This document shows positions 12,951 to 25,400 of a DNA stretch of 64,000 bases, one piece after another. Every line of letters begins with the position of its first letter. Position 1 is the stretch's first letter. The notes below the pieces were generated by a model. It was not told where the DNA came from and did not search any database. It saw only the letters and a program-made list of their open reading frames with translations. Source of the stretch: Pocillopora damicornis (lineage: Eukaryota); NCBI RefSeq assembly GCF_003704095.1, contig NW_020845300.1, positions 1,054,001 through 1,118,000 of the forward strand, given 5' to 3'. The position numbers and the translations under genes are program-made.

Positions 12951-13197
12951 GACAGTAACATTGACCACTTAATATCATGGTACATCCTTACACCCTACAG
13001 CAGCGCAAGTAAAAAATGCAACCTCTGTGTTAAAGAAAAATTAATGAAGCGTTGCTACGTGATAGCTGAACAGAACATCTGAATTTACAGCCACGCCAGT
13101 TATGCAAATTTTACAGTGTATCAACGATGGTTACGAATATTCTTGTCATTAAAATCCCCTGAAGAGTGAGTTAATTACGAAACTGGCTTCTCGGGAT
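12951..13197 (+). mobile_element. Penelope-like retroelement 3' remnant: endonuclease C-terminal fragment plus degenerate type I hammerhead
   Basis: From 12951 reads DSNIDHLISWYILTPYSSASKKCNLCVKEKL (W.IL...PY....KxCxLCxxEK, resembling PLE GIY-YIG C-termini). 13154-13197: atccc-CTGAAGA-gtga/ttac-GAAA-...-tc-gggat. Confidence 0.65.
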
Positions 13198-13204
13198 GAA
13201 AGAG

Positions 13205-13260
<56 letters not shown>
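13205..13260. repeat. Compound microsatellite (TACA)n(TA)n(CA)n
   Basis: Directly visible. Confidence 0.95.
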
Positions 13261-13481
13261 TAACTCTTTTTATATTTACGTCATTCCTTTCAAATAGGGT
13301 GGAAGAAAACGGAAAAAGTAAGAAATGAGCATTCTGCCTAAGATAATAAAACCTGTGTACGCCTTGCGGTCCCCACTTCTCTATTGCCATCCGGGTTCTG
13401 TATTTACATATCTCCCAGAAGCGTTTGCGTCAGTTGTGTATGTTATTCCAGTGGATTACAAGAAACTATTAATGAAAATGG

Positions 13482-16400
13482 ATGGCTGACGGGAGAAGGA
13501 CATTCATGAAAAGATTAACTAAAGTAGTTCGGTCTGGGCATGGGGGGAGAATGGGTAGCATCAGTGCCAAGGAAGAGCCTGTTATAACAGATCGTTTGAA
13601 GGCCGAGGACTTTGTTTTTACAAAGGTTTGTACCGGTATCACTGATCACGATAGTTTGTTAATAAGCAGTCAAGCACGAACGCAGAGTTCAACAAATTTA
13701 ACACATCTTTGTGTTTGATTTTTATTTTTGCAGACTTTTCGTTATGGCTTTCCGTATCAACCAACTTGTATTGCATACGATCCTGTTCAGAGTATTCTCG
13801 CTCTTGGAGCTTTCGATGGCTCTCTTCGCCTGTATCCTTATATACTGTAATTTATCTGCAGGACGCTTGCTAGCTTGACTTAATTAATTTGCTGACGTAC
13901 GTCGCTTCAGTTGAACTTGTGAGGTTTAAGGCTTTGTACATCTCTGTAATAAATAGCACGTTTACTAAGTGTGTTTTCTCTTTTTCTTATCCAGACTACA
14001 AATGTTTACATGTATAATCAATGTTTAAAGAACAAGTTTACGAGTTTGTTTTTTGGTTTATTTGTTTCTATTTATATTCAAAAGATGTTACGTTGTCGAC
14101 TTCTGCGACAATTACTAGCCGGATATAAGCTTTCATCTGTGTTGCCATTGTGAATGCTGCACGTCGTGATATAGTTCATGATTATTTTTTCTTGGTAGCT
14201 TTTAACTGAGGCAAGGTATAGATTTCTCAATGCTTATGTGTGATAATTTTCTTTCATCAAGCATAGACCATGTTTTCAGGCTAAACTTGTTCATCCCATG
14301 CACCGATTAAATATTAGGGCAAAGAATCGATTCGCGCCTTGCATTATAGTTTTGGAACGTTTCTCATTTATTTTTGTTACGTTGCTTGTCTCCTACTTTA
14401 TGGTCTAGTCAACAGACACACTACCAAAACTGAGGCCAAAGACTCATCGCTAGTCCTTGACTGTTTCTGAATTAGATTGGGACGAGCTGGTGTGGAATGC
14501 CACGTTCAACATGACAGTAGTGCCGCTGTCCGAGAACTTATATTCCTCATAAATGAGGTGATAAATACTTGTTCTTCTTTATTTGTCGATGACACACTGT
14601 CGTTTTATCCTAAAAGTATCATGCTCTTGCATACATTCTTTAGATAATTATCTAAAATAATGTGTCTCAGACACAAAGGTATCATCATGCATGCGTTACT
14701 GCTCTGCATTTTAAGCAAGTTTAGTAAATTTTGCAGTGAATTTTGGTTCAGTGAGGATGACAGTCCTTTTTCATCTTGTATACTGATGTCCTGCACATTG
14801 AATTTCATCCTTACACTCTTAAAAATAATTAACAGGAAAGTTTGTTTATTTCCATTAATATGCATAAAAAAAATTTCACGCATCTTATTGGCTAAAAAAA
14901 AAATGCATTTTTAGGTAACATGAGTGCAGTTTTAACACCAGTGCAAATAAAGTCAAGATTGATTCAATTTTAGCACACTTGCTAAAATTTCATTTGTCTT
15001 GACTGTCTGTGATGCATTTTTCATTTAAATTAATAACAAGTAATAACATGATTTCTTGTATAATTAAGCACTTGTAAATCTTTCAAAGACTTCAAATTGC
15101 ACTTGCCCTTATTACTTGCGCTTATTAACACCAATTTTCACCAATACAAACTGTTGTCTGTTGTCCTAACTATGTAATTAAATTGTTGGGCGAAGTTACA
15201 TTTTTCACTCACCTCTCCTAAATGTTAATTTTTATCCCTATAACTTCCATGAGTGACCAAGACAGAATTTTCCCTTTAGATCAAACAGAATAGTAATGAG
15301 AATGAAGTTAAATATCAATTAGGAGGTTACTAGTTGATTCAATATCAAATTCTCTGAACTAACAACATAAAAAATGTACATGGCAGATAGTAAGGAGAGT
15401 GGAATGGGTGATTTAACTATGAACATCACCATGGGAATCTATGTGGATCCCAAATTTGAGTCAATATATTTGTACTGTCTAGATCTAATTTAATTACGAA
15501 CTTTTTTTGTTTTTGTATTTGACTTAATTTTCTTTTTTTCCAAGGGAGCTTTGATAAGTCTTTGTGAAGATGACTACATTCACTTGTGGAATTTGCGACA
15601 AGCCCAACCTGCCCTTGTGCAATCCTTGCGGTTTAATCGTGAGAAGTAAGTTTACAAACTTGTGTTAAAGACAGTTTCAATTTCTGTAATAAATCTATGC
15701 TTGCATGGTAGAACAGAGGGAGAATATGGGCTCTTGGTTTTTCTTTGCATGAAAAGATGGTAGTCAAAATTTATCATGTACCTCATATATGCTTGTGTAA
15801 TGATAGCCTCAAAGAGGCAAGAGTTTGATCAAGGGTTGGGCCTAAGTACCATGCATGGACACTTAGGGTCCCTTTGCACTTTTGGATCTGCTGGTGAATT
15901 AGTAAGCTTGCATACATTGTACAATCATGTACATCCACAAATGTGAAGAGAATGGGGTATGTATTATGTATTTAGCCAGAATTTTGAGGAAAAGGAGGTA
16001 ATTTTGAGATGTGGAAAGCACCTGTTGTCATGGTATGTAAAATGACCCCCTATATGTTAAATTGTTTAACCCTTAACTTCCAAGATCTTATCATTAACTC
16101 TCCTTACTCTCTTCCACAAAATTCCTATGATGTTTGTCTTGAGAATGTGGTATTGTATCAACTAGTCCTGAATTGATATTTTTCTTTATTGTTATCACTT
16201 GTCTGCATGATATTGTATTGACACTGTGATGAGAAATTTTTTCTTGGTCACCCATGGGAGTTAAAGAATTAAACCTGAATGTTAAACATGGGAATCTTGT
16301 AGTGTCATGCCTAAGTTTAGATAGAGTGTAACCCTTCCACAATGTTCTTGAAGTGCAAAATGTCCTGTGTTGTGATTTCAGAACAGTTGCTAATTTTGTT

Positions 16401-19400
16401 GTTTCTTCCATGTTCAGATTAACGTGCATGCACCTTCCATTTTCTTCAAAGTGGCTGTATGTTGGTACAGAAAAGGGAAATATTCATGTTGTAAATATTG
16501 AGAGCTTTGAGCTATCAGGATACACAATAAATTGGAATAAAGTAATTGAAATGTGAGTACTGTTACACTTTAAAAAAATTACAGAAACAATAGCACCTTG
16601 AATATTTCAGGTTGGTTATAATTCCAAGTTTTGAATTGGTTTTCTGTTTTGGTTGATTGGTTTGTTTCACTATGTTCATTGGCTGGTTTTAAGAACTTAA
16701 ACTACCCTTGTAAATAGAATAAAAAAAGATGGTATTATGTTTTAAAGCTTGGTAAGAAATAGTGAAAGATATTTTTTGTCTTGTCACAAGCATAGGACAA
16801 AGACAAAATTCTAAGTCCTCATGAGGAACTGGAATTCTGGAATTCTTAGTTTTCATTGGGACTCTATTTTTTTCTGTCCCACACTTGTGACAAGATGAAA
16901 AATATCTTTCACTATTTCTTACTGAGCTCAAAACTTACCATCTTTCCTATTCTGTTTACAAACATGACGCTATGGACATTGCTAATCCAGCAGTATGCAG
17001 GATGTGTGTCATATGAACCTCATTATAGACCTCCTTCACCATTGAGTCCTTCTGGCTCAGTGGTAGAGAATTGGAGACCTTAAATGTGTGATTCAGGTGT
17101 GATGTCATAATTGCTCATGCTTCGTTAATTTTCAAATTATATGGAACAAAGTAAGAAACAAATAGAACTTGTTTCAGATTTTGACATTAAAGAGAGGCCA
17201 TTTATTTGATTTTATTTTTCTGGAATGTCGTTTGTAGAAAATGTAAGTCCCACCCAGGTCCAGTTGTACATATAAGTGGTAATCCAGTGGACCCAAATAA
17301 GGTAGGAGCCAATGGTCAGTTACTCTCTGCAGCCCTACTACATCACAGAATTCATGTAGTCAAGGAAGTAATACTTCTCATCATTTCACTCTATTCAAGG
17401 AACTACAGTCTATTAGAATGTTTATGGTACCCTTCCATCAACAAAACACCCCTCCTCTTCAACAAAAAGATATCTCTGGAAATTCCCCCCTGCCATTGCA
17501 CTAATTCTTTATCAGGGGATGTGGCATTTTGTTCATGTACCCACAATTAGCATCAAAATTAGAAGACACTTCATGTTTAAAGAGCCCTATTTAGGTGTAG
17601 AGTAACCCTCCTGTTTCTATCACACTCTAAATCATTGACAAGACCCCTCCTACTCCAATCACTGTTACCTGTGGAGTGTGGTAGGAGCTAAAAGTTCATG
17701 GAATCACAGTGCAACATTGTTTTTGGGGGATGAGGCGGCAAGCTAATTGGGGGTCAAGAAGGTCAATGTGTCAACAATTTTGCTGCCAGTTGTAGATAGT
17801 AATGGTGGGGAAGTGGCGACAGGAAAGGTTTATTTTTCAATTAATTTGCAATAGTAGGTTACTTTCAAGCAAGTGTCTCAAACATTTCTGTCAAATGTTC
17901 TGGACTAGTAGTACATGTATATGGATTGTATGCTGGATCTAAAGTTTTAATGTTTAGTTCATTTATATGTACTGTTTGATAGATTCATGCTACAAATATT
18001 GATCCCTTTTTGAAATTTGTGTATTTTTCAGTTGCTTCTAGGTTTTGAGTCTGGCACTGTTGTTGTTTGGTCCCTCAGAGGGAAGGTTGTAGAACATAGA
18101 TGTGTCTATTCTCAGGTGAGTTGTTAAGGGTGAAACTAAGTTAGGATGTTTCAGTTGGGTAGATATTTAGAGGAAATTACATATACCTCTTCACCTTGTT
18201 TCACCATTAGCTAGAGGGTGCTTACTAACTTTTGATCTTAATGTTTGATTTAGGAATGATATTATAGGAAAAAACTAGATCCTAATCACTGGTAGGGCCA
18301 GGTCAAAGGGATAATATAATATGTTAGAAGAAGAAGATCTCTGCCTTCATATGTGTCAGGTTGAGAATTTAACTGCAATGGTTTAGGCTGTATATACACC
18401 AGATACCTTACTCAGACACTGACTACCTCACTTGCACTAAACAGACTTAAAATTTTCTCTTCCATTCTTTTTCACTTTGTTTTCCTCAATGCTGTAAGCT
18501 TTGCTCTACTGCTGCAGTTTTTTAATAACTAATTTATCATGAAATATGGCATGTTTTTCTTTGATCCAAATAGCCAATGACCTCAGCATATTGGTTGAAT
18601 GATGGAAAACAGTTCATTTGCTCTCACGGTAATGGTACTTTAACAGTATGGAATCTCAAAAACAGTGACAAACCAGTTGAGACATTAACTCCACATGGTA
18701 AGGAATGTTTTAGCCAGCAGGCACGTTTAACAACTTCTAAATGGGCAGATCAGTCAACTTCCACAAAACCCACCTGGTCACTGTTTCAATCCTGTATCAG
18801 AAGATAACCCGCCCTCTTATTTAAGCTTAAAATCAGAGGAAAAATCCAAAATACCCCCTGAAAATGCGAGCAGCCACCCATGAGAGTGTCCTTGTGTAAG
18901 AATGTGTAAGTTTGCTCAGAGTTTGTTATGAAGTTCCAACCAGCTGCAAGTTAGAAGCTCACTGCTTACAAGAGTGTCCATTGAGAGAGCTCTCAGATGT
19001 TGATAAACAAAGCCTTAACAATAAATCTGAAGTCATAGTTTGTGCACAGAAGTTCTGACATCTTTTAAACCAAAAAAATTTATTGTCTTAGGTAAGAGTG
19101 ACAAAGGAAGACCATGTCAACCCATTTTCAAGGTGCAGTGGTTGGCAGTCAGTTCAGGGTATGTGCTTTATTTAACCCTTTGGCTCTAAGAAGGTGACAT
19201 TGGTACTATATGAAACAGTCCTTGACAGTGACAATAAAAATGTAAGCAGACAGTTGATTAGAATAAAGAAAATTATCCACATGCAATTATGAAATGTGTG
19301 GCTGGAAGCTGAGGTTTAATTAAGATGGTTCTCCCATGGTGAAATCAGATTATAAATGATAACAGAATTGTAATATGTAAAATGCTTTTCTAAATGAATG

Positions 19401-22400
19401 TGCCTACAAATGGGTAGTGTTCAAACAATGGTTGCAATTTTTTGCAATGTTGGAAAAAAATGTAGTAGAACACTGTAGTACGAGTACAAGGTTTTCAGAA
19501 AGATTAAACTTTATATTTCTGTTAAGAATTACTAGATATTATACTGGAAGGCACTCTTTCTCACTTGGTTGTGTGGTGTTTTGGTTCTACTTGCTATGCA
19601 TTTTTTTGTCAAATTTGGCTTGGATGTCTCCCTACTATCCATTGAAAAGTTGAATTTTCTTTTTGTAATTGAAGATATTTAATGTTTGTATTTATAATAC
19701 AGTTTGTGCCTTTGATATCCTTTAATTTTTTAGGTCTCTAGCATCATATCAGCTCAATTCAAATTTGTTTGCAGAGACCCATTGATGATATTCTCAGGAG
19801 GGACGTGTAGCAGCAAGAAGAAAGCACTGACATTAATGCAAGGAAGTCGCTCCATAAAAGTTCTGTGCACAGACACTGTGGTGGACTTTGTTTGTATCAA
19901 TTCTACTCCATGGGGAGAAGGTAACTTGCCTAAGCTTCATGCATTATTGATAATATTGAATTCATCAAAACATGACTGATACTAACAACAGAATTCAAGA
20001 TCATGTTTTTTCCTTCTTCAAAATGTTGCTACAAAACTAACTGTTAATTAAAAACAAAAAAAAAAACAAACCCCATTTTCAGTACTAATTAAAAGAAGTT
20101 ACTGAGGCTTCCTTCTTAAAAGATGTAACATTTTTAAATAACCTTAAGTTAGTCACTCAGTATTACACAGCTTCCCACCCAAACCCCAGCCATTACCACA
20201 ATGGATTGATTCCAATTCTGTGATCAGTCTCAAAGACTAATAAAAACAATTACATGTGTACTGATAGTGCCAGGTCTTTTTCAAAGATTGCACAAAAACT
20301 GCATGAAAGTATTGAACATTGTTACAAAGTGTCTTAATGGAGACTGGCTGAAATTAGCACTTGAACTTTTAAGAAAATAATATCAAGAAAATTACAGCAG
20401 AGCTGGTGTGGCTTCTGCGTGAAGGCTTCATTGTACACAAATTCAATATTTTTCTGTGATCATTCTGACTTTCACTCATGAGGTCACCTTCCACTTTACT
20501 AACCTTTAAAATAAGATTCTGCATAAGTTTTTTAAGGCTCTGAGTTCAGCATTTCAAGAAAACTCCTACACTCCTAGTGCCTTCTTCTTTCTATTGCAGA
20601 TGTACAAGATCCTAAAGCTTTGGTTGTGTTAACTCCTGTGAAGCTGATGGTGTTTGACTTACTCTCAAGTTCTGCAAAGTATGTTATGCACATTAAGTAT
20701 TAATTGGGATGGAAACTTGCTGTCAGTAGTTTGGAGTGGCTTAAACCTTTGCACGTTAGCATTAGTATGCCTTCTCCAAACCCTTCTCTATACGTTACCT
20801 GTGGTACTGATGAGGAGAGAACTTGTTCAGCTACTTGGAGCTTCAAATTGGTTGATGATTGTTTCCTTTTAATTATTCTTGTGGCCCTTGTCCCTTTTAG
20901 CTGCTACACATTTCCTTGTATATTGGTTGTGAACATTTGTCCTTAGAAGGGGAAAACAACTTCTGCATCATAAGTTTGAGTATTCTCATCACCTGTTTGC
21001 TGGATATTGTATGGATATTAAAGGGAGAAGTTACATTTTAATCACTTGTGGGAATTAATGTTTGATTCTACAATGATACAGTAAGGAGATGCTTGCCTCT
21101 CTCAGGGTAAAAATATTTAACACTGTTTTAGAAAAATGATCAATCACATGCAACATTTTTTTGGGTCCAATTTTCCTTAGTCAGAAACTGAATTTCCTTT
21201 TGTGGCAAAGCAATGTAGAAATAATAGGGGAGATTCTAGGCTCTTAGAACTTGATTTCTCTTACTGGGCATATGGCTCTAATAGGCAGTATAGATGTGAC
21301 ATAAATCATTCCCACTAATGTAAATTTAAACTGGTTTTACCCTCTTGTTGTGTGGGTAAGTTGGTTTTTAAGATGACAGCCCTTTTGTATCTTGAAGTTG
21401 CAATGAAATTCTCACTTGATTTTGGGACAATAAATGTTACAGGTCTGCTGCAATGGAAGTACCTTACACATTCAACATCCATGAGTCTCCAGTCACTTGT
21501 ACACAATTTTACAATGAGTGCCCAAGGGACTTAATTGTGGCATTGGGGTCAACAGCTAGCAGTCGCACACGAAAAAGACAGTTGCAAAGGGGAGAAAGTA
21601 CTCAGGTTTGTACCTGTTTTTGTGATAATCTAGTGCCCTGCATTTTGATCATATCCTATGTTTTCTTTCAACTTTACATGCTCTGCTGCTGCTGAAAGTA
21701 ACAATGACAGTGGACAGAATCTTGGTTTAGTGATCAGAAGCTATCATAGTGAATAGATAATGAAAGATGGTAGTTTCAAGAAGCAAAAATGTTGTTCAGT
21801 TCTCATAAGTGTGGGACAAAGACAAACGCCACAAGGACTTGCACTTTATACAGTTCAATACTCTTTACCACTGATCCACAGAGGGTTTTTTCTAAGCTAG
21901 GCCATATTTGAGGTTCATGCAAGCATCTTTCATACTTCTTGGATCGGCAATATTGAAAATGTCTTGACTGTAAATTAATAAAGAAAAATACTAACTATTC
22001 AGCTGATTGGTTAGATGATATTTGTCTATTTCGTCATTTAGTTTAATTGTAAAGTTATAACATGCAAGAAATTAAAACACTCTCTACAGCTATCTCTTTG
22101 CATGTTTAACGAGGTGTATAGGAACTGTATTTATATTATATCCAGGTATTCCTGAGGTAAATCTAAGTGTTCTGATGGGTTCTTACTTAGTCCATAATTT
22201 GTCATATGGACTGTTTCCACAGGAACGGTCATAAGCCATGTATTTTGGTTGTGAAAGCTAGCATATTCAAAAGAAACATGTTTGGTCTGATTGCCATGTA
22301 CTAAACTGCTTAATAACCTTGCTTGCTTGAGCCGATTGAGGAAGATTGGTCCTTGGTTGTTTTTGTACAAACTTCACTGCACTTGGTCTGTACTGCTGCA

Positions 22401-25400
22401 ACTTTGGGCCAATATTCCCCAGAACAACCATTGCACTCAGTTAATAAGAAGTTAATCAAATCAGTCCACATGTTAAATTTTTTTTTTGTTAAGGCCTGGC
22501 CTATAGCTGGAGGTCTTGTGGGAGAAGCTCCAGAGAAGAGCACCACTGAGCTCATAATTACTGGGTGAGGATTTTACTTTCTCTGTAAATTACATTACAT
22601 TAAATTCTTAATTTTTTCTAAAAATGAATTGAATGTTGATGACTAATCTCTGAGACGAAGTTCAGGAGATTATTTCACAACATTCACTTAGCCTGAACTG
22701 AGGCTCTTAACTTTTTTTGTGTAATTGTTTGCATGATAAATAGTGTAAAAACATGAATTTTATTAAATTTTCTGTTCATTGCACTTATCATTTGTCAAAA
22801 AAAAAAAAAAGTTTGGCAGAAAGATCATGCAGGTCTGTCAACTGGGAATGACAGAAGCAAAAACTGAATGAAACTAGATAGTTGCAGTGCTTGTCTCAAC
22901 TTCAGTTGGAAGGAAGTGTTGAGCAGGGTTTAAATGTCTGAAGAGGAGCTAATTGTTACCACTTTAATCTGAAGAGTTTAGCCCCCCTCCTCTATTATTT
23001 TGTGTGGGGTGATTAGAGAGAGATGTGACAGAATTCTCAACCAATCAGTTGAGAGAATGTCTAAAATCACTTGAGTAATCATGATATGATATTAACTTTA
23101 CACATGACCCTCCCTCAATTGCAAATGGTTACAAGTATGTAATTAATTCTTTGTGGCACTGTTTTTGTTCCATTTTGTTTGGTAGATAATACAAACCTTG
23201 ATCTTGATAACCCTTGCTATAAATCAAAACTTCATCCAAGAAAATTGCAGTTATTCACATTCTATAGCAGTATGGTTATTTATCATAATAAAAAATAACC
23301 TTCATTTGTTGTAGTCATTCTGATGGATCTATAAAGTTCTGGGAAGGTTCATCAGGTTAGTTTTACTCCATTTAACTATATAATATTGTCATGATACACT
23401 ATAGCTTGGCTGGATTAATTTTGCTAAACTCAAGTGATTGCAATGGCCAATCAGAACATAGAAAATAGGACAAGGAGCCAATGAGAACTCATTTAAAAAC
23501 AAGCTAAAGAAACAGGAGTGATCAAGCAGGACTGTTTCTGTTTTTTGTTTTATCTGATTGGTGGAAAGGTTGTCGCTAGTTTCTTGGTCATTCTTAGAAT
23601 GAAGTAAGGAAAAAAACCGTTGCAATCCCCTATTACTTGAAACACACCCCTTAAAATTTTCTCGCTGACTAATGAAAGGAAGAAGGTTTGGGAGGACAGT
23701 ATGCTGCTTTGGTGCTAAGAAAGTTCAAGAGTGGGGGAACAAACATATATGGCCAATGCATTGCATGTCAGCTTTCAAATAGTGATCTCATCTTTCTGTC
23801 CTGTTTACTCCAACAGCGGTCTTAAAATGTCTCTACAAACTTTCAACAAGTAAAATTTTTGAAAAGAGCACAAATGCAGTCGAGAGCGGTGACGCCAATG
23901 GCCATTCTGAAGGCAGTAGTAGCGGTGAACATTCTCCACCCTCCGTGGTCGACATTGATTGCTATGCTGTCAACATGGTAGAACTGTGTGTTCGAAGTCG
24001 GACACTTCTGGTGGCTGGCACCAGCCATGTTATAGTTTATCAGTTCAGCCTTGTTGAAGAGACATTAGAATTAGTGGTAAGGTTTTGTCTGATTTACTTT
24101 GCTTACATAAGCTTTTAAAACGTTGATTAACTTAACAGTGTAAAAGCCACACAACTTTGATCGACTTTTTCTTATTTGGTGAAAACAACGAGAAAGTGCG
24201 TAAGGGATTGCAAACTGAGTGTCAAGTTTGTGCAAAGCAAGAAACTTTACAAGATTCCGGAACTCCAGGTTATATTTAGCATTGAGAGGGATGGTAATCA
24301 ACAGTAAATGGTTAGAACTCGAAGAAAGAGGGTCTACGATTAACCCAAAATGACACATCGTTTAAAGGAAAAATTTTCATAGTTAACTTATTTTACGACT
24401 TACAGTTAAAATAATAAGTCAATTTTTACGCCCAACAGCTAAATTTTTTCGACCGTTTTACTGCAAAGGTTACCCCATCGAGATCCACAAGGAACAGTCC
24501 TTTCTGCGGTGTTATTGTCACCTGAAGGAGGGGGGGGGGTGTTGATTGTGAAAACGTGTAGCCCCTTTCTCAGAAGACAGTCAAATTTGAGACTTAATTT
24601 GTTCCCTCAGCTGTTTACAATCACTTTACAGGATTGAAAGCCAAAACTTTTGGCCTTGAATAATTACTCTATATGAAGGTGCAATAATATTAATGAAAAT
24701 TAGACTTCATACAGATTATTCTTAGCATTTGATTTAGACAGTGCAAGTAGACTTATGTATTTTGTATGTTCTGTAAATGACTTTAGCAACTTGACGTCAA
24801 TCTTCTGTTTGACACGGGTATGGATGGGTCACCAGACTCCGACCTGTTCAGTCCTACTGAAGATAAAGGAGAGGGACAGGCACACAGTCCTACGCCACTC
24901 TCTATGACTGTGAACTGTCCCACCCTAACTTGCAAAACTGGTTTGTACAAGAGATCGCCAGGATTCCAACCCACACTCTGTTGCATGATTCCATCAGTGA
25001 GCTGTGATATCGTGCCTCTCAGCAACATGGCAATTAGCTCAGAGTTTGGAGTGTAAGTTGAAACAAACTGTTTCTTTACGTAAGAGTTCATTCTTGAATA
25101 TCTTGTGGTTGTCTGATGCATTCATTAACGATTTTTATCTTAAGGTAGAAAATAAGTGATTCTAAGTGAACTCTAATGTTCCTTTTATCGTATTCAGTTT
25201 GAGTCTCCACAGGCGTAAGAGCTGGCAGAGGAGTGGTTAGAGGGTGGAAATAGTATAAGGAGATACCAGATTTTCTGCAAAATCTTTTAAATTTATGCTA
25301 CAGAGACATTCAAGTTTGTAAAAGTAATTTTGAAAAAATGAGCGAAGGAAACTCTTCTCATTTTATCACACGACATATGACAAAACATATATACCGCAAA

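Noticed and set aside
17053-17075. tRNA gene
   Set aside because: Only an A-box-like segment within a repeat; no cloverleaf.
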